Source: Eledone cirrhosa (taxonomy: Eukaryota). Taken from it: 64,000 bases of DNA. The notes beneath the pieces were generated by a model. The model worked only from the letters and a program-made list of their open reading frames with translations. It searched no databases and had not been told where the DNA came from. Shown here piece by piece: positions 1 to 15,000 of the stretch (its first letter is position 1; each line of letters opens with the position of its first letter). The position numbers and the translations under genes are program-made. The stretch covers positions 396,428,001 through 396,492,000 of the forward strand of contig OZ024741.1 in NCBI GenBank assembly GCA_964016885.1. The letters run 5' to 3'.

Positions 1-3000
1 AAGTGGATCAATCAGTCACACCACAAGGTTCAAAGTGCATCAATCAGTCACACCACAAGGGTCAAAGTGCATCAATCAGTCACACCACAAGAGTCAAAGT
101 GCATCAATCAGTGACACCACAAGAGTCAAAGGGCACCAATCAGTCACACCACAAGGGTCAAATTCCTTCAATCAGTCACACCACAAGGGTCAAAGTGTAT
201 CAATCAGTCACACCTCAAGAGTCAAAGTGCATCAATCAGTCACACCACAAGGGTCAAAGTGCATCAATCAGACACACCACGAGGGTCAAATTCCTTCAAT
301 CAGTCACACCACAAGAGTCAAAATGCATCAATCAGTCACACCACAAGGGTCAAAGTGCATCAATCAGTTACACCACAAGGGTGAAAGTGCATCAATCAGT
401 CACACCACACGAGTCAAAGTGCATCAATCAGTCACACCACAAGGGTCAAAGTGCATCAATCAGTCACACCACAAGGGTCAAAGTGCATCACAGTCACACC
501 ACAAGTGTCAAAGTGCATCAATCAGTCACACCACAAGGGTCAAAGTGCATCAATCAGTCACACCACAAGAGTCAAAGTGCATCAATCAGCCACACCACAA
601 GGGTCAAAGTGCATCAATCAGTCACACCACAAGGGTCAAAGTGCATCAATCAGTCACACCACAAGGGTCAAAGTGCATCAATCAGTCACACCACAAGGGT
701 CAAAGTGCATCAATCAGTCACACCACAGGAGTCAAAGTGCATCAATCAGTCACACCACAAGAGTCAAGGCGCACCAATCAGTCACACCACAAGGGTCAAA
801 TTCCTTCAATCAGTCACACCACAAGGGTCAAAGCGCATCAATCAGTCACACCTCAAGAGTCAAAGTGCATCAATCAGTCACACCACAAGGGTCAAAGTGC
901 ATCAATCAGTCACACCACGAGGGTCAAAGTGCATCAATCAGTCACACCACAAGGGTCAAAGTGCATCAATCAGTCACACCACAAGGGTCAAAGTGCATCA
1001 ATCAGTCACACCACAAGGGTCAAAGTGCATCAATCAGTCACACCACAAGAGTCAAAGTGCATCAATCAGTCACACCACAAGGGTCAAATTCCTTCAATCA
1101 GTCACACCACAAGGGTCAAAGTGCATCAATCAGTCACACCACAAGGGTCAAAGTGCATCAATCAGTCACACCACAAGGGTCAAAGTGCATCAATCATTCA
1201 CACCACAAGGGTCAAAGTGCATCAATCAGTCACACCACAAGGGTCAAAGTGCATCAATCAGTCACACCACAAGAGTCAAAGTGCATCAATCAGTCACACC
1301 ACAAGGGTCAAATTCCTTCAATCAGTCACACCACAAGGGTCAAAGTGCATCAATCAGTCACACCACAAGAGTCAAAGTGCATCAATCAGTCACACCACAA
1401 GGGTCAAAGTGCATCAATCAGTCACACCACGAGGGTCAAAGTGCATCAATCAGTCACACGACAAGGGTCAAAGTGCATCAATCAGTCACACCACAAGGGT
1501 CAAAGTGCATCAATCAGTCACACCACAAGAGTAAAAGTGCATCAATCAGTCACACCACAAGGGTCAAAGTGCATCAATCAGCCACACCACAAGGTTCAAA
1601 GTGCATCAATCAGTCACACCACAAGAGTCAAAGTGCATCAATCAGTCACACCACAAGGGTCAAAGTGCATCAATCAGTCACACCACAAGGGTCAAAGTGC
1701 ATCAATCAGTCACACCACAAGGGTCAAAGTGCATCAATCAGCCACACCACAAGGTTCAAAGTGCATCAATCAGTCACACCACAAGAGTCAAAGTGCATCA
1801 ATCAGTCACACCACAAGGGTCAAAGTGCATCAATCAGTTACACCACAAGAGTCAATGTGCATCAATCAGTTACACCACAAGAGTCAAAGTGCATCAATCA
1901 GACACACCACAAGGGTCAAAGTGCATCAATCAGTTACACCACAAGAGTCAAAGTGCATCAATCAGTTACACCACAAGAGTCAAAGTGCATCAATCAGTCA
2001 CACCACAAGACTCAAAGTGCATCAATCAGTCACACCACAAGGGTCAAAGTGCATCAATCAGTCACACCACAAGGGTCAAAGTGCATCAATCAGTCACACC
2101 ACAAGAGTCAAAGTGCATCAATCAGTCACACCACAAGGGTCAAAGTCCATCAATCAGTCACACCACAAGGGTCAAAGTGCATCAATCAGTCACACCACAA
2201 GGGTCAAAGTGCATCAAACAGTCACACCACAAGAGTCAAAGTGCATCAATCAGTCACACCACAAGGGTCAAATTCTTTCAATCAGTCACACCACAAGAGT
2301 CAAAGTGCATCAATCAGTCACACCACAAGGGTCAAAGTGCATCAATCAGTCACACCACAAGGGTCAAAGTGTTTCAATCAGTCACACCACAAGGGTCAAA
2401 GTGCATCAATCAGTCACACCACAAGTGTCAAAGTGTTTCAAACAGTCACACCACAAGGGTCAAATTGCATCAATCAGTCACACCACAAGAGTCAAAGTGC
2501 ATCAATCAATCACACCACAAGGGTCAAAGTGCATCAATCAGTCACACCACAAGGGTCAAAGTGTTTCAATCAGTCACACCACAAGGGTCAAAGTGCATCA
2601 ATCAGTCACACCACAAGGGTCAAAGTGCATCAATCAGTCACACCACAAGGGTCAAAGTGCATCAATCAGTCACACCACAAGGGTCAAATTCCTTCAATCA
2701 GTCACACCACAAGTGTCAAAGTGTTTCAATCAGTCACACCACAAGGGTCAAAGTGCATCAATCAGTCACACCACTAGGGTCAAAGTGCATCAATCAGTCA
2801 CACCACAAGGGTCAAATTCCTTCAATCAGTCACACCACAAGGGTCAAAGTGTTTCAATCAGTCACACCACAAGGGTCAAAGTGTTTCAATCAGTCACACA
2901 ACAAGGGTCAAAGTGCATCAATCAGTCACACCACAAGGGTCAAATTCCTTCAATCAGTCACACCACAAGGGTCAAAGTGCATCTATCAGTCACACTACAA

Positions 3001-6000
3001 GGGTCAAAGTGCATCAATCAGTCACACCACAAGAGTCAAAGTGCTTCAATCAGTCACACCACAAGGGTCAAATTCCTTCAATCAGTTACACCACAAGGGT
3101 CAAAGTGTTTCAATCAGTCACACCACAAGGGTCAAATTCCTTCAATCAGTCACACCACAAGGGTCAAAGTGCATCAATCAGTCACACCACAAGGGTCAAA
3201 TTCCTTCAATCAGTCACACCACAAGGGTCAAAGTGCATCAATCAGTCACACCACAAGAGTCAAAGTGCTTCAATCAGTCACACCACAAGGGTCAAATTTC
3301 TTCAATCAGTCACACCACAAGGGTCAAAGTGCATCAATCAGTCACACCACAAGGGTCAAAGTGCATCAATCAGTCACACCACAAGGGTCAAAGTGCATCA
3401 ATCAGCCACACCACAAGGGTCAAAGTGCATCAATCAGTCACACCACAAGAGTCAAAGTGCATCAATCAGTCACACCACAAGGGTCAAAGTGCATCAATCA
3501 GTCACACCACAAGGGTCAAAGTGCATCAATCAGTCACACCACAAGAGTCAAAGTGCATCAATCAGTCACACCACAAGTGTCAAAGTGCATCAATCAGTTA
3601 CACCACAAGGGTCAAAGTGCATCAATCAGTCACACCACACGAGTCAAAGTGCATCAATCAGTCACACCACAAGGGTCAAAGTGCATCAATCAGTCACACC
3701 ACAAGGGTCAAAGTGCATCACAGTCACACCACAAGTGTCAAAGTGCATCAATCAGTCACACCACAAGGGTCAAAGTGCATCAATCAGTCACACCACAAGA
3801 GTCAAAGTGCATCAATCAGCCACACCACAAGGGTCAAAGTGCATCAATCAGTCACACCACAAGGGTCAAAGTGCATCAATCAGTCACACCACAAGGGTCA
3901 AAGTGCATCAATCAGTCACACCACAAGGGTCAAAGTGCATCAATCAGTCACACCACAAGATTCAAAGTGCATCAATCAGTCACACCACAAGAGTCAAGGG
4001 GCACCAATCAGTCACACCACAAGGGTCAAATTCCTTCAATCAGTCACACCACAAGGGTCAAAGTGCATCAATCAGTCACACCTCAAGAGTCAAAGTGCAT
4101 CAATCAGTCACACCACAAGGGTCAAAGTGCATCAATCAGTCACACCACGAGGGTCAAAGTGCATCAATCAGTCACACCACAAGGGTCAAAGTGCATCAAT
4201 CAGTCACACCACAAGGGTCAAAGTGCATCAATCAGTCACACCACAAGGGTCAAAGTGCATCAATCAGTCACACCACAAGGGTCAAAGTGCATCAATCAGT
4301 CACACCACAAGAGTCAAAGTGCATCAATCAGTCACACCACAAGGGTCAAATTCCTTCAATCAGTCACACCACAAGGGTCAAAGTGCATCAATCAGTCACA
4401 CCACACGAGTCAAAGTGCATCAATCAGTCACACCACAAGGGTCAAAGTGCATCAATCAGTCACACCACAAGAGTCAAAGTGCATCAATCAGTGACACCAC
4501 AAGAGTCAAAGGGCACCAATCAGTCACACCACAAGGGTCAAATTCCTTCAATCAGTCACACCACAAGGGTCAAAGTGTATCAATCAGTCACACCTCAAGA
4601 GTCAAAGTGCATGAATCAGTCACACCACAAGGGTCAAAGTGCATCAATCAGACACACCACGAGGGTCAAAGTGCATCAATCAGTCACACGACAAGGGTCA
4701 AAGTGCATCAATCAGTCACACCACAAGGGTCAAAGTGCATCAATCAGTAACACCACAAGAGTCAAAGAGCATCAATCAGTCACACCACAAGGGTCAACGT
4801 GCATCAATCAGTCACACCACAAGGGTCAAAGTGCATCAATCAGTCACACCACAAGGGTCAAAGTGCATCAATCAGTCACACCACAAGGGTCAAAGTGCAT
4901 TAATCAGCCACACCACAAGGGTCAATGTGCATCAATCAGTCACACCACAAGAGTCAAAGTGCATCAATCAACCACACCACAAGAGTCAAAGTGCATCAAT
5001 CAGTTACACCACAAGAGTCAAAGTGCATCAATCAGTCACACCACAAGAGTCAAAGTGCATCAATCAGTCACACCACAAGAGTCAAAGTGCATCAATCAGT
5101 TACACCACAAGAGTCAAAGTGCATCAATCAGTCACACCACAAGGGTCAAAGTGCATCAATCAGCCACACCACAAGGGTCAAAGTGCATCAATCAGTCACA
5201 CCACAAGAGTCAAAGTGCATCAATCAGTCACACCACACGGGTCAAAGTGCATCAATCAGTTACACCACAAGAGTCAATGTGCATCAATCAGTTACACCAC
5301 AAGAGTCAAAGTGCATCAATCAGACACACCACAAGGGTCAAAGTGCATCAATCAGTTACACCACAAGAGTCAAAGTGCATCAATCAGTTACACCACAAGA
5401 GTCAAAGTGCATCAATCAGTCACACCACAAGAGTCAAAGTGCATCAATCAGTCACACCACAAGGGTCAAAGTGCATCAATCAGTCACACCACAAGGGTCA
5501 AAGTGCATCAATCAGTCACACCACAAGGGTCAAAGTCCATCAATCAGTCACACCACAAGGGTCAAAGTGCATCAATCAGTCACACCACAAGGGTCAAAGT
5601 GCATCAAACAGTCACACCACAAGAGTCAAAGTGCATCAATCAGTCACACCACAAGGGTCAAATTCTTTCAATCAGTCACACCACAAGAGTCAAAGTGCAT
5701 CAATCAGTCACACCACAAGGGTCAAAGTGCATCAATCAGTCACACCACAAGGGTCAAAGTGTTTCAATCAGTCACACCACAAGGGTCAAAGTGCATCAAT
5801 CAGTCACACCACAAGTGTCAAAGTGTTTCAAACAGTCACACCACAAGGGTCAAATTGCATCAATCAGTCACACCACAAGGGTCAAAGTGCATCAATCAGT
5901 CACACCACAAGGGTCAAATTCCTTCAATCAGTCACACCACAAGTGTCAAAGTGTTTCAATCAGTCACACCACAAGGGTCAAAGTGCATCAATCAGTCACA

Positions 6001-9000
6001 CCACTAGGGTCAAAGTGCATCAATCAGTCACACCACAAGGGTAAAAGTGTTTCAATCAGTCACACCACAAGGGTCAAAGTGTTTCAATCAGTCACACCAC
6101 AAGGGTCAAAGTGTTTCAATCAGTCACACAACAAGGGTCAAAGTGCATCAATCAGTCACACCACAAGGGTCAAATTCCTTCAATCAGTCACACCACAAGG
6201 GTCAAAGTGCATCTATCAGTCACACTACAAGGGTCAAAGTGCATCAATCAGTCACACCACAAGAGTCAAAGTGCTTCAATCAGTCACACCACAAGGGTCA
6301 AATTCCTTCAATCAGTTACACCACAAGGGTCAAAGTGTTTCAATCAGTCACACCACAAGGGTCAAATTCCTTCAATCAGTCACACCACAAGGGTCAAAGT
6401 GCATCAATCAGTCACACCACAAGGGTCAAATTCCTTCAATCAGTCACACCACAAGGGTCAAAGTGCATCAATCAGTCACACCACAAGAGTCAAAGTGCTT
6501 CAATCAGTCACACCACAAGGGTCAAATTCCTTCAATCAGTAACACCACAAGGGTCAAAGTGCATCAATCAGTCACACCACAAGAGTCAAAGTGCATCAAT
6601 CAGTCACACCACAAGGGTCAAAGTGCATCAATCAGCCACACCACAAGGGTCAAAGTGCATCAATCAGTCACACCACAAGAGTCAAAGTGCATCAATCAGT
6701 CACACCACAAGAGTCAAAGTGCTTCAATCAGTCACACCACAAGGGTCAAATTCCTTCAATCAGTCACACCACAAGGGTCAAAGTGCATCAATCAGTCACA
6801 CCACAAGGGTCAAAGTGCATCAATCAGTCACACCAAAAGGGTCAAAGTGCATCAATCAGTCACACCACAAGAGTCAAAGTGCATCAATCAGTCACACCAC
6901 AAGGGTCAAAGTGCATCAATCAGTCACACCACAAGGGTCAAAGTGCATCAATCAGTCACACCACAAGAGTCAAAGTGCAGCAATCAGTCACACCACAAGG
7001 GTCAAAGTGCATCAATCAGTCACACCACAAGGGTCAAAGTGCATCAATCAGTCACACCACAAGGGTCAAAGTGCATCAATCAGTCACACCACAAGAGTCA
7101 AAGTGCATCAATCAGTCACACCACAAGGGTCAAATTCCTTCAATCAGTCACACCACAAGAGTCAAAGTGCATCAATCAGTCACACCACAAGGGTCAAAGT
7201 GCATCAATCAGTTACACCACAAGGGTCAAAGTGCATCAATCAGTCACACCACACGAGTCAAAGTGCATCAATCAGTCACACCACAAGGGTCAAAGTGCAT
7301 CAATCAGTCACACCACAAGGGTCAAAGTGCATCACAGTCACACCACAATGTCAAAGTGCATCAATCAGTCACACCACAAGGGTCAAAGTGCATCAATCAG
7401 TCACACCACAAGAGTCAAAGTGCATCAATCAGCCACACCACAAGGGTCAAAGTGCATCAATCAGTCACACCACAAGGGTCAAAGTGCATCAATCAGTCAC
7501 ACCACAAGGGTCAAAGTGCATCAATCAGTCACACCACAAGGGTCAAAGTGCATCAATCAGTCACACCACAAGAGTCAAAGTGCATCAATCAGTCACACCA
7601 CAAGAGTCAAGGGGCACCAATCAGTCACACCACAAGGGTCAAATTCCTTCAATCAGACACACCACAAGGGTCAAAGTGCATCAATCAGTCACACCTCAAG
7701 AGTCAAAGTGCATCAATCAGTCACACCACAAGGGTCAAAGTGCATCAATCAGTCACACCACGAGGGTCAAAGTGCATCAATCAGTCACACCACAAGGGTC
7801 AAAGTGCATCAATCAGTCACACCACAAGGGTCAAAGTGCATCAATCAGTCACACCACAAGGGTCAAAGTGCATCAATCAGTCACACCACAAGGGTCAAAG
7901 TGCATCAATCAGTCACACCACAAGAGTCAAAGTGCATCAATCAGTCACACCACAAGGGTCAAATTCCTTCAATCAGTCACACCACAAGAGTCAAAGTGCA
8001 TCAATCAGTCACACCACAAGGGTCAAAGTGCATCAATCAGTCACACCACAAGGGTCAAAGTGCATCAATCATTCACACCACAAGGGTCAAAGTGCATCAA
8101 TCAGTCACACCACAAGGGTCAAAGTGCATCAATCAGTCACACCACAAGAGTCAAAGTGCATCAATCAGTCACACCACAAGGGTCAAATTCCTTCAATCAG
8201 TCACACCACAAGGGTCAAAGTGCATCAATCAGTCACACCACAAGAGTCAAAGTGCATCAATCAGTCACACCACAAGGGTCAAAGTGCATCAATCAGTCAC
8301 ACCACGAGGGTCAAAGTGCATCAATCAGTCACACGACAAGGGTCAAAGTGCATCAATCAGTCACACCACAAGGGTCAAAGTGCATCAATCAGTCACACCA
8401 CAAGGGTCAAAGTGCATCAATCAGTCACACCACAAGGGTCAAAGTGCATCAATCAGTCACACCACAAGAGTCAAAGTGCATCAATCAGTCACACCACAAG
8501 GGTCAAAGTGCATCAATCAGCCACACCACAAGGGTCAAAGTGCATCAATCAGTCACACCACAAGGGTCAAAGTGCATCAATCAGTCACACCACAAGGGTC
8601 AAAGTGCATCAATCAGTCACACCACAAGAGTCAAAGTGCATCAATCAGTCACACCACACGAGTCAAAGTGCATCAATCAGTCACACCACAAGGGTCAAAG
8701 TGCATCAATCAGTCACACCACAAGGGTCAAAGTGCATCAATCAGTCACACCACAAGAGTCAAAGTGCATCAATCAGCCACACCACAAGGGTCAAAGTGCA
8801 TCAATTAGTCACACCACAAGGGTCAAAGTGCATCAATCAGTCAGACCACAAGGGTCAAAGTGGATCAATCAGTCACACCACAAGGTTCAAAGTGCATCAA
8901 TCAGTCACACCACAAGGGTCAAAGTGCATCAATCAGTCACACCACAAGAGTCAAAGTGCATCAATCAGTGACACCACAAGAGTCAAAGGGCACCAATCAG

Positions 9001-12000
9001 TCACACCACAAGGGTCAAATTCCTTCAATCAGTCACACCACAAGAGTCAAAGTGTATCAATCAGTCACACCTCAAGAGTCAAAGTGCATCAATCAGTCAC
9101 ACCACAAGGGTCAAAGTGCATCAATCAGACACACCACGAGGGTCAAAGTACATCAATCAGTCACACGACGAGGGTCAAAGTGCATCAATCAGTCACACCA
9201 CAAGGGTCAAAGTGCATCAATCAGTAACACCACAAGAGTCAAAGAGCATCAATCAGTCACACCACAAGGGTCAACGTGCATCAATCAGTCACACCACAAG
9301 GGTCAAAGTGCATCAATCAGTCACACCACAAGGGTCAAAGTGCATCAATCAGTCACACCACAAGGGTCAAAGTGCATTAATCAGCCACACCACAAGGGTC
9401 AAAGTGCATCAATCAGTCACACCACAAGAGTCAAAGTGCATCAATCAACCACACCACAAGAGTCAAAGTGCATCAATCAGTTACACCACAAGAGTCAAAG
9501 TGCATCAATCAGTCACACCACAAGAGTCAAAGTGCATCAATCAGTCACACCACAAGAGTCAAAGTGCATCAATCAGTTACACCACAAGAGTCAAAGTGCA
9601 TCAATCAGTCACACCACAAGGGTCAAAGTGCATCAATCAGCCACACCACAAGGTTCAAAGTGCATCAATCAGTCACACCACAAGAGTCAAAGTGCATCAA
9701 TCAGTCACACCACAAGGGTCAAAGTGCATCAATCAGTTACACCACAAGTGTCAATGTGCATCAATCAGTTACACCACAAGAGTCAAAGTGCATCAATCAG
9801 ACACACCACAAGGGTCAAAGTGCATCAATCAGTTACACCACAAGAGTCAAAGTGCATCAATCAGTTACACCACAAGAGTCAAAGTGCATCAATCAGTCAC
9901 ACCACAAGAGTCAAAGTGCATCAATCAGTCACACCACAAGGGTCAAAGTCCATCAATCAGTCACACCACAAGGGTCAAAGTGCATCAATCAGTCACACCA
10001 CAAGGGTCAAAGTGCATCAAACAGTCACACCACAAGAGTCAAAGTGCATCAATCAGTCACACCACAAGGGTCAAATTCTTTCAATCAGTCACACCACAAG
10101 AGTCAAAGTGCATCAATCAGTCACACCACAAGGGTCAAAGTGCATCAATCAGTCACACCACAAGGGTCAAAGTGTTTCAATCAGTCACACCACAAGGGTC
10201 AAAGTGCATCAATCAGTCACACCACAAGTGTCAAAGTGTTTCAAACAGTCACACCACAAGGGTCAAATTGCATCAATCAGTCACACCACAAGAGTCAAAG
10301 TGCATCAATCAATGACACCACAAGGGTCAAAGTGCATCAATCAGTCACACCACAAGGGTCAAAGTGTTTCAATCAGTCACACCACAAGGGTCAAAGTGCA
10401 TCAATCAGTCACACCACAAGGGTCAAAGTGCATCAATCAGTCACACCACAAGGGTCAAATTCCTTCAATCAGTCACACCACAAGTGTCAAAGTGTTTCAA
10501 TCAGTCACACCACAAGGGTCAAAGTGCATCAATCAGTCACACCACTAGGGTCAAAGTGCATCAATCAGTCACACCACAAGGGTCAAATTCCTTCAATCAG
10601 TCACACCACAAGGGTCAAAGAGTTTCAATCAGTCACACCACAAGGGTCAAAGTGTTTCAATCAGTCACACAACAAGGGTCAAAGTGCATCAATCAGTCAC
10701 ACCACAAGGGTCAAATTCCTTCAATCAGTCACACCACAAGGGTCAAAGTGCATCTATCAGTCACACTACAAGGGTCAAAGTGCATCAATCAGTCACACCA
10801 CAAGAGTCAAAGTGCTTCAATCAGTCACACCACAAGGGTCAAATTCCTTCAATCAGTTACACCACAAGGGTCAAAGTGTTTCAATCAGTCACACCACAAG
10901 GGTCAAATTCCTTCAATCAGTCACACCACAAGGGTCAAAGTGCATCAATCAGTCACACCACAAGGGTCAAATTCCTTCAATCAGTCACACCACAAGGGTC
11001 AAAGTGCATCAATCAGTCACACCACAAGAGTCAAAGTGCTTCAATCAGTCACACCACAAGGGTCAAATTTCTTCAATCAGTCACACCACAAGGGTCAAAG
11101 TGCATCAATCAGTCACACCACAAGGGTCAAAGTGCATCAATCAGTCACACCACAAGGGTCAAAGTGCATCAATCAGCCACACCACAAGGGTCAAAGTGCA
11201 TCAATCAGTCACACCACAAGAGTCAAAGTGCATCAATCAGTCACACCACAAGGGTCAAAGTGCATCAATCAGTCACACCACAAGGGTCAAAGTGCATCAA
11301 TCAGTCACACCACATGAGTCAAAGTGCATCAATCAGTCACACCACAAGGGTCAAAGTGCATCAATCAGTCACACCACAAGGGTCAAAGTGCATCAATCAG
11401 TCACACCACAAGGGTCAAAGTGCATCAATCAGTCACACCACAAGAGTCAAAGTGCATCAATCAGTCACACCACAAGGGTCAAATTCCTTCAATCAGTCAC
11501 ACCACAAGAGTCAAAGTGCATCAATCAGTCACACCACAAGGGTCAAAGTGCATCAATCAGTTACACCACAAGGGTCAAAGTGCATCAATCAGTCACACCA
11601 CACGAGTCAAAGTGCATCAATCAGTCACACCACAAGGGTCAAAGTGCATCAATCAGTCACACCACAAGGGTCAAAGTGCATCACAGTCACACCACAAGTG
11701 TCAAAGTGCATCAATCAGTCACACCACAAGGGTCAAAGTGCATCAATCAGTCACACCACAAGAGTCAAAGTGCATCAATCAGCCACACCACAAGGGTCAA
11801 AGTGCATCAATCAGTCACACCACAAGGGTCAAAGTGCATCAATCAGTCACACCACAAGGGTCAAAGTGCATCAATCAGTCACACCACAAGGGTCAAAGTG
11901 CATCAATCAGTCACACCACAAGAGTCAAAGTGCATCAATCAGTCACACCACAAGAGTCAAGGGGCACCAATCAGTCACACCACAAGGGTCAAATTCCTTC

Positions 12001-15000
12001 AATCAGTCACACCACAAGGGTCAAAGTGCATCAATCAGTCACACCTCAAGAGTCAAAGTGCATCAATCAGTCACACCACAAGGGTCAAAGTGCATCAATC
12101 AGTCACACCACGAGGGTCAAAGTGCATCAATCAGTCACACCACAAGGGTCAAAGTGCATCAATCATTCACACCACAAGAGTCAAAGTGCATTAATCAGTC
12201 ACACCACAAGGGTCAAAGTGCATCAATCAGTCACACCACAAGGGTCAAAGTGCATCAATCAGTCACACCACAAGAGTCAAAGTGCATCAATCAGTCACAC
12301 CACAAGGGTCAAATTCCTTCAATCAGTCACACCACAAGAGTCAAAGTGCATCAATCAGTCACACCACAAGGGTCAAAGTGCATCAATCAGTCACACCACA
12401 AGGGTCAAAGTGCATCAATCATTCACACCACAAGGGTCAAAGTGCATCAATCAGTCACACCACAAGGGTCAAATTCCTTCAATCAGTCACACCACAAGGG
12501 TCAAAGTGCATCAATCAGTCACACCACAAGAGTCAAAGTGCATCAATCAGTCACACCACAAGGGTCAAAGTGCATCAATCAGTCACACCACGAGGGTCAA
12601 AGTGCATCAATCAGTCACACGACAAGGGTCAAAGTGCATCAATCAGTCACACCACAAGGGTCAAAGTGCATCAATCAGTCACACCACAAGGGTCAAAGTG
12701 CATCAATCAGTCACACCACAAGGGTCAAAGTGCATCAATCAGTCACACCACAAGAGTCAAAGTGCATCAATCAGTCACACCACAAGGGTCAAAGTGCATC
12801 AATCAGCCACACCACAAGGTTCAAAGTGCATCAATCAGTCACACCACAAGGGTCAAAGTGCATCAATCAGTCACACCACAAGGGTCAAAGTGCATCAATC
12901 AGTCACACCACAAGAGTCAAAGTGCATCAATCAGTCACACCACAAGGGTCAAATTCCTTCAATCAGTCACACCACAAGGGTCAAAGTGCATCAATCAGTC
13001 ACACCACACGAGTCAAAGTGCATCAATCAGTCACACCACAAGGGTCAAAGTGCATCAATCAGTCACACCACAAGGGTCAAAGTGCATCACAGTCACACCA
13101 CAAGTGTCAAAGTGCATCAATCAGTCACACCACAAGGGTCAAAGTGCATCAATCAGTCACACCACAAGAGTCAAAGTGCATCAATCAGCCACACCACAAG
13201 GGTCAAAGTGCATCAATCAGTCACACCACAAGGGTCAAAGTGCATCAATCAGTCAGACCACAAGGGTCAAAGTGGATCAATCAGTCACACCACAAGGGTC
13301 AAAGTGCATCAATCAGTCACACCACAAGGGTCAAAGTGCATCAATCAGTCACACCACAAGAGTCAAAGTGCATCAATCAGTCACACCACAAGAATCAAGG
13401 GGCACCAATCAGTCACACCACAAGGGTCAAATTCCTTCAATCAGTCACACCACAAGGGTCAAAGTGCATCAATCAGTCACACCTCAAGACTCAAAGTGTA
13501 TCAATCAGTCACACCACAAGGGTCAAAGTGCATCAATCAGTCACACCACGAGGGTCAAAGTGCATCAATCAGTCACACGACAAGGGTCAAAGTGCATCAA
13601 TCAGTCACACCACAAGGGTCAAAGTGCATCAATCAGTAACACCACAAGAGTCAAACAGCATCAATCAGTCACACCACAAGGGTCAACGTGCATCAATCAG
13701 TCACACCACAAGGGTCAAAGTGCATCAATCAGTCACACCACAAGGGTCAAAGTGCATCAATCAGTCACACCACAAGGGTCAAAGTGCATCAATCAGCCAC
13801 ACCACAAGGGTCAAAGTGCATCAATCAGTCACACCACAAGAGTCAAAGTGCATCAATCAGCCACACCACAAGAGTCAAAGTGCATCAACAGTTACACCAC
13901 AAGAGTCAAAGTGCATCAATCAGTTACACCACAAGAGTCAATGTGCATCAATCAGTTACACAACAAGAGTCAAAGTGCATCAATCAGACACACCACAAGG
14001 GTCAAAGTGCATCAATCAGTTACACCACAAGAGTCAAAGTGCATCAATCAGTTACACCACAAGAGTCAAAGTGCATCAATCAGTCACACCACAAGAGTCA
14101 AAGTGCATCAATCAGTCACACCATAAGGGTCAAAGTGCATCAATCAGTCACACCACAAGGGTCAAAGTGCATCAATCAGTCACACCACAAGAGTCAAAGT
14201 GCATCAATCAGTCACACCACAAGGGTCAAAGTGCATCAATCAGTCACACCACAAGGGTCAAAGTGCATCAATCAGTCACACCACAAGGGTCAAAGTGCAT
14301 CAAACAGTCACACCACAAGAGTCAAAGTGCATCAATCAGTCACACCACAAGGGTCAAAGTGCATCAAACAGTCACACCACAAGAGTCAAAGTGCATCAAT
14401 CAGTCACACCACAAGGGTCAAATTCTTTCAATCAGTCACACCACAAGAGTCAAAGTGCATCAATCAGTCACACCACAAGGGTCAACGTGCATCAATCAGT
14501 CACACCACAAGGGTAAAAGTGTTTCAATCAGTCACACCACAAGGGTCAAAGTGCATCAATCAGTCACACCACAAGGGTCAAAGTGTTTCAATCAGTCACA
14601 CCACAAGGGTCAAAGTGCATCAATCAGTCACACCACAAGAGTCAAAGTGCATCAATCAGTCACACCACAAGGGTCAAAGTGCATCAATCAGTCACACCAC
14701 AAGGGTCAAATTCCTTCAATCAGTCACACCACAAGGGTCAAAGTGTTTCAATCAGTCACACCACAAGGGTCAAAGTGCATCAATCAGTCACACCACTAGG
14801 GTCAAAGTGCATCAATCAGTCACACCACAAGGGTCAAATTCCTTCAATCAGTCACACCACAAGGGTCATAGTGCATCAATCAGTCACACTACAAGGGTAG
14901 AGTGCATCAATCAGTCACACCACAAGAGTCAAAGTGGTTCAATCAGTCACACCACAAGGGTCAAATTCCTTCAATCAGTCACACCACAAGGGTCAAAGTG

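Noticed and set aside
1560-1800. Preferred 160-bp (5-monomer, nucleosome-sized) rearrangement step, seen at 1581/1741 and in the deletion near 55.75 kb
   Set aside because: Other steps of 32, 64, 96 and 896 bp also occur, and there are too few events to claim a preference.
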